Shown: in pieces, positions 38,697-49,703 of the stretch
Layout of the letters: each line of letters starts with the position of its first letter
Position numbering within the stretch: the first letter of the stretch is position 1
Assembly (NCBI RefSeq): GCF_039654945.1
Contig: NW_027362071.1
Coordinates: forward strand, 620,001 to 684,000
Reading direction: 5' to 3'
DNA from: Dendrobates tinctorius
Lineage: Eukaryota
Length of the DNA stretch: 64,000 nt
Made by a program: the position numbers and the translations under genes
The notes under the pieces: generated by a model
The model's input: the letters and a program-made list of their open reading frames with translations, nothing else
Database searches by the model: none
Told to the model about the DNA's origin: nothing

Positions 38697-40009
38697 TGTG
38701 GCACCCCTGAGGCTCAGTTGCCACAGAGGTACTGCACCTCCTCCTGAGGTGTGGTCCCCCACCATCCAGGTAAGTTGGAGGCTCCTGACCACACTCCAAC
38801 ACTTGCATCCCACACAACACAGTAGTTCAGCAAAGCCACATTGCGGCTCCCTGCTTGGAGTGTAGCAGAGCACCCTTGGTTGCTCCCTGCTTGGAACACG
38901 AAACGTGCTGGGAGGCGGGTGGAGTTAGAATACATAAAAGAGCGGGAAGGGTTAGGACAGGCAGTCAGTCAGTCGGAGAGTCACTCAGAGAGGAGTGAGG
39001 ACAGAAGATCCCTGAGAGAGGGATGGAGGAAGGAGGTGCTGCAGCTGCCTTAGTGACCTTGGTCTGAAGGCACGGGAAAGGAAAGAAGGAGAAAGACATT
39101 GAACTGAAACCTGATCTTCCATGAGGAGAGATTAGTACGGAACGAAGGAGTAAAGGGGAACAGAGGACGTGGGTTAGAGGAAAACCCTGCCTAGAAGTTA
39201 TAAGTGCAAGGCCGGGGCCCGGTTCCCGAGGTTGTATGGACACTAATGGTTCTACAGCAGACACCGGTGGAGTAGTGGGCTGTAAATGCACTACTCCCAT
39301 CTAAGACTTGGGAGCACAACAGCAACTTGGATAGAGAGCCGGGACTCAGGAGTAAGGAGTCCCCGAAGCAGGCTACAGCTGTCTGCCATACGAGTAGAGT
39401 TCCTGGGAACATCTGTCAGGAGGCACTCCAGTGTAACTCAGTACTGGGACTACTTCACACTTAAAGGCGCTATAGAGAAGACGTTCAGAAATGCACATGT
39501 TGGCGGAGCGTTGGAAGGGAGCATTCCATCTGACCTGGAGGTTGATTGAGCCTCTGACCCGGAGGACACAGTACAGAGGCAGGCACCTGTGTGTACTACA
39601 GACTGTGAGTAAAGCTTTGGAACTACAAGCCCTGGTGTCCTCCATTGATTCTTGCGCCAACACACCCAGCACTGCTACATCTGGGTACCCGCTACTACAC
39701 CGCTTGTGCCTCTCCTTTACCCCTACATCTACACTGCCCTGGGGTTACAGCTCCACCTGTGGGGAGCTTCACCATCTTGGCTGCAACACACCACCAGCCC
39801 CAGCAGATCTGCATGCAGCGTCGGCCTAACATCTCACTTGCCGAATACCACAGGTGGCGTCACGAACTATTCCATTAACTACATTCTACCATTCAATCTT
39901 CCCCGTTAATTGGGCGCTCAGGGCCACGGACCGGGTCACCGCTGCTGTGACACATCCCGCTGACACCGGCGCGGTACCGAGTACCCCACGGCCCTGGGAG
40001 GGCGACCCA
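38697..40009. mobile_element. Solo LTR family A, copy 2 (TG..CA, 4-bp TSD ATGC)
   Basis: ATGC-TGTGGC..GGCGACCCA-ATGC. Confidence 0.85.
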
Positions 40010-40802
40010 ATGCCACTGCCCATCCGTATGGCATGTGTTTTCAATTAATCCATTATAAAGATGAAACCCAAAAAACTGACATTTTTCTTGATATTTTATC
40101 AACATACAAGTCATTCACTGACCACCAAATGGTCCTTTTTTTTCTGTTCAATTGTCCACAAAGACACGTCTGATTTTAATCCAATTTGTAGATCAAATTC
40201 GCCCATTCAAGTGAGTGGGTCCGTGAAATCCTTAGCCAGAAAACCTGTCAATGCCGTCCATGTGTCATCTTAATCCCCTCTGTTTTTTACCGTTTAATGG
40301 GTAGGAAAAGCTTTTTGGATTTTTTTTTTTATAAAAAATACCATACTTATGGTAAAAATGGACACACGGACCAAAAATGGATGAAAATTGGATCCAACAC
40401 CCTGATGAAGATAGGTCTGGGACTCAAAAAGCAATGGATGTCAGAATGAGCCGCTTCAGAGCTGTAGGAAAACAGCTGATGTGATGGATGAGGAAGTGAC
40501 TGATGGGCTCTTCTTTTCACACAGAGGTAGCGCTTCTGCCTTGTTTCTGAGGGTTCCTTTCTGTGAACATACTTTCTGTCCAAATACTGTGCATGTAAAA
40601 TCCTGACCTCACACAGACGGCATTAGGACCAGTGTTATTTAATTGGGCTGATCAGATGATTGATCAGTGTGAAAAAAGCCTCATCCGTTTTTCGGATAAG
40701 ATTCACCTATTCATTTTATGGGTGCCGAAAAAAAAAATCTAATGCCAGATAAATCATGCCTACAGCATTTAAGTTTTTCACGGCTACATTACAATTACTA
40801 AA

Positions 40803-41203
40803 GAGCTTGTCCACTACTCAGACAACCCTTTCTGAATCCCTATGTTTTCCTCCCAGTAAAATAATAACATTTATATTCACCTCCGGTAACAGCGCCATTC
40901 CAGTGGTGTCGGCACTGGTTCTCTCAATGTCAAGCGATCTCTGAGCTGGCGTCACTCTCTTCTCCTACAGATGTAATTGACATCCAGAAGAAGTGAGGGA
41001 GCAGCTGCAGCTTTCATTTCTTCCGGATGTCTGTGCATAGGAGAGGAGAGTGAGGCCAGTGCGGAGATCCCTAGACATTGGGAGAACCAGTGCTGACACC
41101 ACTGGAATGGCGCTGGTACCGGAGGTGAATATAAATGTTATTTTACTGGTGAGGGGGCACGTATGTATTCAGAAAGGGTTGTCCGAATAGTGGACGACCC
41201 CTT
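40803..41203. mobile_element. Palindromic MITE (T2/Kolobok-like); partial copy ~5750-6042
   Basis: ttgtccactactcagacaaccctttctgaat / attcagaaagggttgtccgaatagtggac arms. Confidence 0.65.
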
Positions 41204-41655
41204 TGACATAGGAAACTGGTTTTGGTCTTATAAATTCTATTATCTGCTGGTATAAAAATGGATTCTATACGGATGTAAAATCAGACATACAGATCATAAA
41301 ATGGGTGAAAAATCTTTTTTGCTTCTGGATGAAAATTGGACTTTTTTTTTTTATTACACTCGCATGATCCTTATAAAATGAATCCCATCCAATCCATTTT
41401 TTTGCACAGACGTCTGTTTTTCACGGGACTCCGATCTTTTGACATTAGTTACCAGCCAATATATGGCCATTTGTTTCCGATGTCTACGGCCAACGTTTCC
41501 TCTAAGCGGCCCTATCATGCCGATCTTTATGGCAATCCCCGATATTAATTCCATTTTTCTTCTTTTTTTTTTTAAGATCAGGGTTGAAAATAATCTCTTA
41601 AGTCCCAGCTCAGGAATAGAGAAGTCATTGTGGGATCGGGTGCCACATTGTGGAC

Positions 41656-41683
41656 ATGGGCTGCGGGCCATCAGCTGTCACTG
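41656..41683 (+). CDS. Putative novel microprotein, coding exon 1 (exon 41577-41683): MGCGPSAVT
   Basis: Polypyrimidine acceptor at 41576; in-frame TAG at 41617; gacATGG Kozak context; donor CTG|GTGAGA. Confidence 0.55.
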
Positions 41684-41766
41684 GTGAGACGGGCTGGAGA
41701 CATATTTTCTTATATACCGGTACTTATTTTACAATGACGAGCGTCTGGGACTTTTGTTTCTTTCAG

Positions 41767-41788
41767 TTGCAAGAGAAGCTGGAGACTG
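41767..41788 (+). CDS. Putative novel microprotein, 22-nt exon: (V)AREAGD(W)
   Basis: cttttgtttctttcag| ... |gtaaga; phase 1 to 2, open. Confidence 0.55.
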
Positions 41789-42568
41789 GTAAGATCTGAT
41801 ATTTTATTACTTTACATTATACCATACTATTCATATTCCTTTTCTTCTGTTACTAGCATCACTGCAGTATATACAAAGTATAATTCTTTCATTATAAGTG
41901 TGGACACTATAATTACAGTTTTTATGTCGCATGTGATATGTGTTACGTGGATCCATCATAAAAGTATACACACACCTAATTCATTATGGCATTTGCACTT
42001 TCTTTTGTCTAGTTTTTATTGTTTTTTTGCTTCTTTTTTTATTTGAACATTATTCTCCTTTTAATTGGCTTTTTTTTTAAGTTTATTTTCTTTGTGTTCC
42101 TATGTTTGTTTGTGTTTTTTCACTCTCACCACTGTCAGTGGGTTTCACAGTCTCCAGAAGTTTTTGGCTAATTCGACTTTTCAAAAAGTTAAAACATTTT
42201 TGCACAAGTTTACTCTCATCGTGATTTTTTCTTTTTTTTGCAATAGAGAATTATGAGTGCAGCTCTGGAGTACGATAAGCTATAAGGTTATGTGCACACG
42301 ACATTTTTATAAGGTTGGAAATGCCTGAAAAAAAAAACTGTCAACCTTTCAAAGGAATAAAAATGTAAACGTTCAGGAAAAAGACGCTTCAGGGAAAAAA
42401 AAAAATCCAGAGGTTCCTGATTTGTCTTCTGCTGGAAAAACTCATCGGGTTCTGCTGAGAATAAAAGACGTTGTGTGCACAAAGCCTAAATAGGGATCAC
42501 TAATGTAAGATTGATGTATTAATTGATCATGGAGTGACAATATTTCTTTTTATTCTCTTTACATTTAG

Positions 42569-42586
42569 GGATGACAGTGAAGGCAG
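42569..42586 (+). CDS. Putative novel microprotein, 18-nt exon: DDSEG(R)
   Basis: tttctttttattctctttacatttag| ... CAG|gtaggc; phase 2 to 2, open. Confidence 0.5.
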
Positions 42587-42664
42587 GTAGGCTCCGATAT
42601 TATTTATGTACTCATGGAGTAATGGGCCATAATACTGTATATAGGGTTATTCTCATTTCATTAA

Positions 42665-43125
42665 AGAAGCCCTCCTCCTCCTCCAATCAAAGATTTTATC
42701 TCTTAATATATTGCAGTCAGCATATGATATTGCACTGTGTACTTACAATTGCTCATTTTTCCTTTCTACCCAGCTATTTCTTCTCTTTTCCATTAGATCT
42801 ATGACATAGTAACTGTCTAGCTGAATCCTTCTAAGCTGTGTGTAGAAACAGGAGGTCAGTTTTCCCTGCATGAGTCATGAGTCACTGCAAAAGTCTCTGA
42901 CAGGGAGGAGAAGGGAGCAGCTGGGTCAGGAGTTAAGGAGGAGGATGATAAATGCAGGGACAAGAGACTTCCTGTTTCTACATAAAGCAGAGAAAAGAGA
43001 AGAATTATCTGAGGTAGAAAGGGAAAATGAGCAACTGTAAGTACACAGTGCTATATAGTGTGATGATTGCAATATATTAAGAGGCTAAAAACTTTGATGG
43101 AAGGAGGAGGAGGAGATGGGCTTCT
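42665..43125. mobile_element. T2/Kolobok-like MITE with TTAA TSD
   Basis: TTAA-AGAAGCCC..GGGCTTCT-TTAA with long inverted arms. Confidence 0.8.
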
Positions 43126-44579
43126 TTAAGTGACGGCTGTGCTGTAGTAAAACAATAAAGGGGTCACAGTGCTGCGCTACCTACACTGTGAGGATCTTTG
43201 GGGGACCCTGAGGTCAGAGCGCCACCAATCAGTTCCAAGGGTGAAGTACACAGCCAGGCTGATGTCACAGAGATATGTGCGGTATCGCTGTCACGTGGCT
43301 GTCGGGTGAGATCACATAACAGGCACCTGACCCCGCGGTCAGGACTATCAGACTGGACTTCGCACCATTACAGGATCCCGGACATCACCGTGATTTGCTG
43401 ATTGAAATTTTCTCTTTTGTTTTTTTTTTTTGTCCCTTTTACTTTTTCACTTTTAAAATAGGAATTGATGTATAAAAAATACGCCATTTCCATTTTTGCA
43501 AGCTTTGCTCTGTGCGCAGGAATCAGCAAATTTGCCACGTTTGAAGCATTAAGATGTAGCAACTCTGTAGTCCAAAGCTAGATTTAGGAAAATATTAATT
43601 ATTCTATAAGGTCTCCAAAAAGATCTTACTTCTGTCCACATAATCCTCTGCTCCATGTTACTGCTATTAGCCCAGGAACAAGGGTATGTAGGATTTACAT
43701 TGGCACATCACCATCTAGTGGTTAAGTGATGTACCTGCATAGATAGATCTAATACTTGTGCTGATATAGGTGGGGATTTTTTTTCTCTTTTATTTTGTCC
43801 TTTTTTTATTGAAATACATATTTTCTGGGCTCAGCAATCACTTTTGCAATTGGGTTTCATAAACATTTTTGCACCGTTTGACTTCTGCAGCCTCTGTGCT
43901 GCACTGTCTTTTGCTGGCTGCGGAATGTGTTATCTGAGAATCTGTCAGTGAGCTCCTTCTACAGTAATGGTCTAATGGAGGCGTTGGTTACTCTTTTATC
44001 TATTTTTTTTCTTTTCTGGGGTCTTCTCACCTGATTTATGACAACAGACCACTGAAACGGATTGTCCAGGAGTTTTAAATTGATGACCTATCCTTAGGAT
44101 CCTTCTGATTGGTGGAGCAGTGACACCTTGTGCCGCCGCCGATCAGCTGTCGCCGATGCCAGCGGCATCCAGAAGTGCTCAGTTGCGGAGCAGTACAGCA
44201 CACCTCCATTAACCGTATAGTGTCCGCGGCCGGGAGCTGAACATCCGCCACCTATTCAAGTCAGCAGCTGATTGGCCGATTTGCTGACTGTCTCGCCCCC
44301 ATTTATAAGATCGGCCATCAATGTAAAGGTCCCAGACAACCCCTTTAAAGTTTAATGTGCAGGGAAACCAAGAGCCTGTAAAGGCCAGACCGTGCAAAAA
44401 TTTTAATTAAACCTTGTTGCAAAAATTAATTTTAGCCCCAAATACATGAATTTAAGTAAAGGAAACACAATGTCCCCAAAAGTGAATAACCTGAGAACAA
44501 TTTTTTGCATTTACACTGAAAATATCTTATTGTTTGTGATTGGATCGTTTAGCTTTTTATCTTTCTGAAAATGATTCAG

Positions 44580-44651
44580 GCCCCCAACTCAGACCACCCA
44601 TGTATCCCAGGAAGCAGAAGTGGATGACGAGGTGCAGGAAGAGGGGAATAG
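44580..44651 (+). CDS. Putative novel microprotein, 72-nt exon: PPTQTTHVSQEAEVDDEVQEEGN
   Basis: ttcag| ... TAG|gtaaga; phase 2 to 2, open, purine-rich exon-like composition. Confidence 0.5.
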
Positions 44652-45199
44652 GTAAGACAGGTCTTGGGAAGATTTTCTATGGTCTTTGTCTAATAATAAT
44701 GTACTGCTACTTGTTTCTGAACTATTGGATGTGGATTCCAGATTAATGGATTATATTGGATATAATAAAATAATTACCTAGTATCTTATATTGTGCGATG
44801 TCGTCATAGGCTGGGGGTCCGCAGAGACCCAAGTCATATGGCCGAAAATCACTGAATTATGCTGCGATGTAGCAGCGGCATATAGCAATGTTTGGCCGCA
44901 CGACCTGTGTATATCCCAAGCTTAAAAAGTCACAAGAATACAAACCAGACATATTGGGCTCTGTTCACATCTCTTCCTGTGACATAAGGCTCCGATTTAT
45001 TCCCCTGTAAAGCTATGGCATGTGTCACCCATATGCCCCGATTAAAAATAAAAAAAGGTACATTGTGGAGTTAAAGGCGTTGTCCAGCCCACTGCAAATG
45101 TAACACATATGCCCAACGGGGTATCTAGAATCATCCCATGGACCCCGATGTAAAATTTGGGCATGGGCCTTGATAGCGTTCTAGACCCAGGTAATAATG

Positions 45200-46420
45200 T
45201 CCCCATTATGGCACCTTCCTGTATTAATATCCCCCGTCCTGGGCCTTTCATCCCCTTTCTGAAATAATGTCCCCCATCCTGGCCCCTTCCTGTAATAATG
45301 TCCCCGAACCTGGGCCCCTTTCGGTAATAATGTCCCCCATCCTGTAACTACGTCTCTCATCCTAGGTCCCTTCTTGGTATAATGACTCCCATTCTATTAT
45401 AATGTCCCCTATCCTGGACCGCTTCCTGTAATAAAGTCCCCTGTCCTCGTCTTTTCTGCCCCTTTCTGAAATAATGTCCCTGAACCTGGGCCCCTTTCGG
45501 TAATAATGTCCCCCATCCTGTAACTACGTCTCTCATCCTAGGTCCCTTCTTGGTATAATGACTACCATTCTATTATAATGTCCCCTATCCTGGACCACTT
45601 CCAGTAATAAAGTCCCCTGTCCTCGTCTTTTCTGCCCCTTTCTGAAATAATGTCCCCCATCCTAGCCCCTCCCCGTAATAATGTCCCCGAACCTGGGCCC
45701 CTTTCGGTAATAATGTCCCCCATCCTGTAACTACGTCTCTCATCCTAGGTCCCTTCTTGGTATAATGACTACCATTCTATTATAATGTCCCCTATCCTGG
45801 ACCACTTCCTGTAATAAAGTCCCCTGTCCTCGTCTTTTCTGCCCCTTTCTGTAATAACGTCCCCCATCCTGGTCTCTTCCTGTAACAATATACACCATCC
45901 TGGTATAATTTCCCCCATCATGGGCCCATTCTTTGTATAATGTCCCCCATGCTATAACAATATCCCCCATCATGGTCCCTTTCCTGATGAAATGTCCCCC
46001 ATCCTGGGCCACTTGCTGGTGAAATGTCCCCTATCCTGAGACCCTTCCTGGAATAATGTCCCCCATCCTGGTCTCTTTCAGTAACAATATATGCCATCCT
46101 GGTATAATTTCCCCCATCATGGTTCCCTTTCTTGTGAAATGTCCCCCACCCTGAGACCTTTCCTGGAATACTGTCCCCCATCCTGAGACCTTTCCTGGAA
46201 TAATGTCCCCCATCCTGGGACACTTCCTGCAATATTGTCCCCCATCCTGGGACACTTCCTGGTATAATGTCCCCCATCCTGGTCTCTTTCAGTAACAATA
46301 TACACCATCCTGGTATAATTTCCCCCATCATGGGCCCCTTTTTTTGTATAATGTCCCCCATGCCATGACAATGTTTCCCATCCTGGGACATTTCCTGGTG
46401 AAATGTTTCCCATCCTTTAA
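45200..46420. repeat. Complex minisatellite (aatgtcccccatcctgg..) with higher-order duplications
   Basis: Repeated units seen directly. Confidence 0.9.
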
Positions 46421-47073
46421 CCCTTTCTTGTAAAATGCTCGTTCTGACGTTCTTTTCCAACACTATAAAAGAACCCTGATTCTTCTGACTTTTCTCGGCT
46501 CCCACAACGTACGGTGTCCTCTTCTGTAGCGTGTAGCTGTTATGGTCGCACCTTCTTCTCCCGCGATCATCACGTCTCTGCATATGGGACATGTAGAGAA
46601 AAACAGCTATGTGCACAAAGCCTTAAAGGGGCATAACCATCCTGCACATTTATAGGATAAGATGAATGCATGATGGATGAGGGTCTCCCTGGTGGGCCCT
46701 GCCTCTATATCAGGATTGGGTCCCCAGCGTGCTCCGCTGTCAGAGGAAAGGTGAATGTGTCTGTTCATTCATTTTTATAAGCGTTCCAAACATTCCATGC
46801 ACACTAGGGCACAATCCCCTGTACATTCCACTATTGTACCTAGACTCGGATTAACAATGTATTGTTCTTGTCTTTATTATACATGCCAGCAATAGGACCA
46901 GCGGTAAGAAAGGGGTCCACGTAGAGTCAGCACTACTGTATAACCTGGGCTTTACATATCATTCCCTTTTCATCACTTATCATTAACATGCAATTATTTA
47001 TCTGATTTAAATTCTACTTTTACCCCAGAATCTGGAGTTGTTTTTCTTTTGTTCCTGCATCTTTCCGTTCCAG

Positions 47074-47107
47074 ATATAGGGATCCTCATTCCTTTATAAG
47101 TTTCTAG
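47074..47107 (+). CDS. Putative novel microprotein, candidate last coding exon (R)YRDPHSFISF*; alternative terminal exon at 50287-50311
   Basis: Strong polypyrimidine acceptor ..ctttccgttccag; phase 2 compatible. Confidence 0.35.
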
Positions 47108-47656
47108 ACTTGTTAGCCAAGGGGGTGTGGTCCTCAAGAAAACTCCCATAGAGAAGAGTTGAGGACCATGCCCATTTGGCCAGCAGGACAAAAGAGAAAG
47201 TTAACTGCTATACATGGCTCTCCCCGACACTCTCATTTATAATGAATGGAGTGGAGCCCTGGCATGCACGAGACCGCTCCATTGGGGAAGGGGCTGCAGA
47301 GCCCCTTTTGTCAGGATTGCTGGGGGTCCTAGTGGTCAGACCTCAGGGATCATCATATTACCCTCTATCACATGTAAAGGGAATATGTAAGCAGGTTAAG
47401 CTATACAGGGCAGAGCTCCGGATCCCAGTGAGGTGTCACTTACTGGACTGCCTGGTGCAGTTTTTAAACAATCCTTGTTTTCTCTGCTGCAGATCTAGCA
47501 GAGCTCAGAATGCTGAGCTGTGTATACCCCTTCCCACACCATTGATTGGCAGATTTGTGTGTACATTGTCAGCAAGCTGCCAGTCAGTGATGGGGGTGGG
47601 GTTACATACATTAGCAGGACTGCCTGGCAGAGACACCTAGCCCTGCAGTGAGAATC

Positions 47657-49703
47657 TGGGTCGCCCGCCAGGGCCGTGGGGTACTCGGTACCGGGCCCGT
47701 GGGTTTCAATGGGAGTTGTCACAGGGGCGGTGATCCGGTCCGTGGCCCTGGGCGCCCATGTAAAAGGAATGGTGTTAAGCATGGCTGATTAAAGTTTATA
47801 AGTGGATGATTTGTGACGCCACCTGTGGTGTTCGGCAATGAAGGTGTTAAGCCGGCGCTGCAGACAGATCCTCTGGGACAGATGGTGTGGTGCAGCAATG
47901 ATGTTGTAGCCCTCCACAGGCAGGGCTGTAGTCCCAGGGCAGTGTAGATGAAGAGCCAGTGAGGAGAGCGTAATGGTGCGGTGTTAAGCACAGAGATGTA
48001 GCAGTGCTGAGTGGGTTGGCGCAGGAATAAGCGGAGGACACCAGGGCATGTAGTTCCAAAGCTTTACTCACAGTCTGTTGTGCATACAGGTGCCCGCATC
48101 AGTGCCGTGTCCTCCAGGTCAGGGGCTCAGCCAACCTCCAGGCAAGATGAAGTACTCCGTTCCAACACTCCGCCAACATATGCCTTTCCTGAACGTCTCC
48201 TTTCTAGCGCTTGAAATGAAGTACTTGTGGTTGTGTGTTAAACCCAAGTTCCTCCTGTCAGATGTTCCTATGAACTCTACTTGTACGGCAGACAGCTGTA
48301 GCCTGCTTCGGGGACTCCTTGCTACCAAGTCCCGGCTGTTGTGAGTTCATTTTCCCCTTCATTACTGAGGCCCGAGGAACTCCCTCTTCTGGTAAAGAAA
48401 GGTAGTGAGCCTGATTATCAAACACCTGAGGCTGATGATGATGACTGGCTGAGTGGAGTTACTGACTGGATATAAGGCTGCCGACGCCCTTCTGCCCTGC
48501 GGGTGATTTCTCTGTGGGATCCTTGGAGACCAGTCTGAATTCCTGCTCCTCTAAAGCTAAGTTTGCTGCTCGGCCTTTTGCATTTGTGCTTTGACTTTGT
48601 TTTGCTTTGTTTTTCTGGATTTCTGCCATTCCCTGCTGGGGTGTGCTGAATTCCTTTAGCTCTGTCTTCTGAAAATACCTGAGTGCTGATTTAGTTTTTG
48701 AAGCCTAGCTGCTTCAGGGCCTTTTTCATATCAGCTTGTTGGCTTATGTCTTTGATAGGGTTTTGGCAGATTGCAGACAGCAGCCTTCCTTTCCTTTCCT
48801 ATCTAGGTAGTTTTGGGCCCCGTCTTTGCTCAGTCTATCTTTCTGTCTGTGTTAGTGTTTTCATCTTGCTTCACCGTCATTATATGTTGGGGGCTGCCTA
48901 TTGCTTTGGGGTCTGCTCTGGGGCAGTTTAGATTTCCCCTTTCTTTCTTTAGGCCTAATTAATTCTCCGGCTGTGATCGAGGGGTCTAGGGCATCGTAGG
49001 AACCCCCCACGGCTACTGCTAGTTGTGTTGATAGGTTCAGGGGTCTGCAATCTGATAGTTGCCAACTTCTCTGGTTTTCTGGACTTAGCTTGTATTTCTG
49101 CTTTTGCCTCCTACGGTGACTCATTCATAACACCCGGCTCACTATCGTTGCTGTTGTGCCCCCAAGTCTTGTGTGGGAATAAAGTGGTGACAACTTCTAT
49201 TCCTCCTGTGTCTGCTGCAGGACCATTAGTATCCGTACAACCTCGGGGACCGGACCCCGGCCATGCACTTAGAACTTGAGGAAGGGCTCTGCTCTAACCC
49301 TAATCCTTAGTTCTCTTCTTCTCCTTACGTTCCGCACCAAACTATCTCCCTTTTGGAGAATCAGGCTTTCTATATCTCTTTCCTGTGCCAGCAGCTCCAG
49401 GTCACAGGAGACTGCTGCAGCACCTCCTTCCATCCATCCCACTCCGGGGATCTCCACTCACAGACTGACCTAGTCCTAATATCTTCCCACTCTCTGGTGC
49501 AGACTAAGCTCCACCCACCTCCCAGCACTCTTCGTGTTCCAAGCAGGGAGCCACCAAAGGGTGCTTTGCTACACTACTATGATGTGTGGGATGCAGGTGT
49601 TGGAGCGAGGTCAGGTGTCTCTACCTTACCTGGATGGTGGGGTACCACGCCTCAGGAGGAGGTGCAGTACCTCTGTGGCAACTGAACCCTCAGGGGCGCC
49701 ACA
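47657..49703. mobile_element. Solo LTR family A, copy 3 (inverted relative to copies 1 and 2), interrupted by an LTR-B insertion
   Basis: TGGGTCGCC..GGCGCCACA; flanks aatc/aacc. Confidence 0.82.
48337..49132. mobile_element. Solo LTR family B nested in LTR-A, perfect 6-bp TSD CCCGGC
   Basis: CCCGGC-TGTTGTG..CATAACA-CCCGGC; homologous to 24595-25358. Confidence 0.85.

Noticed and set aside
40441-40526. Possible non-coding first exon of the microprotein gene (GAG|GTAGCG)
   Set aside because: Weak donor and no clear promoter evidence
43323-43401. Phase-compatible alternative terminal exon ending ..RIPDITVIC* (PxIxIT-like)
   Set aside because: Acceptor lacks a polypyrimidine tract; the motif match is likely chance
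45918-46616. 232-aa minus-strand ORF
   Set aside because: Translation of a minisatellite
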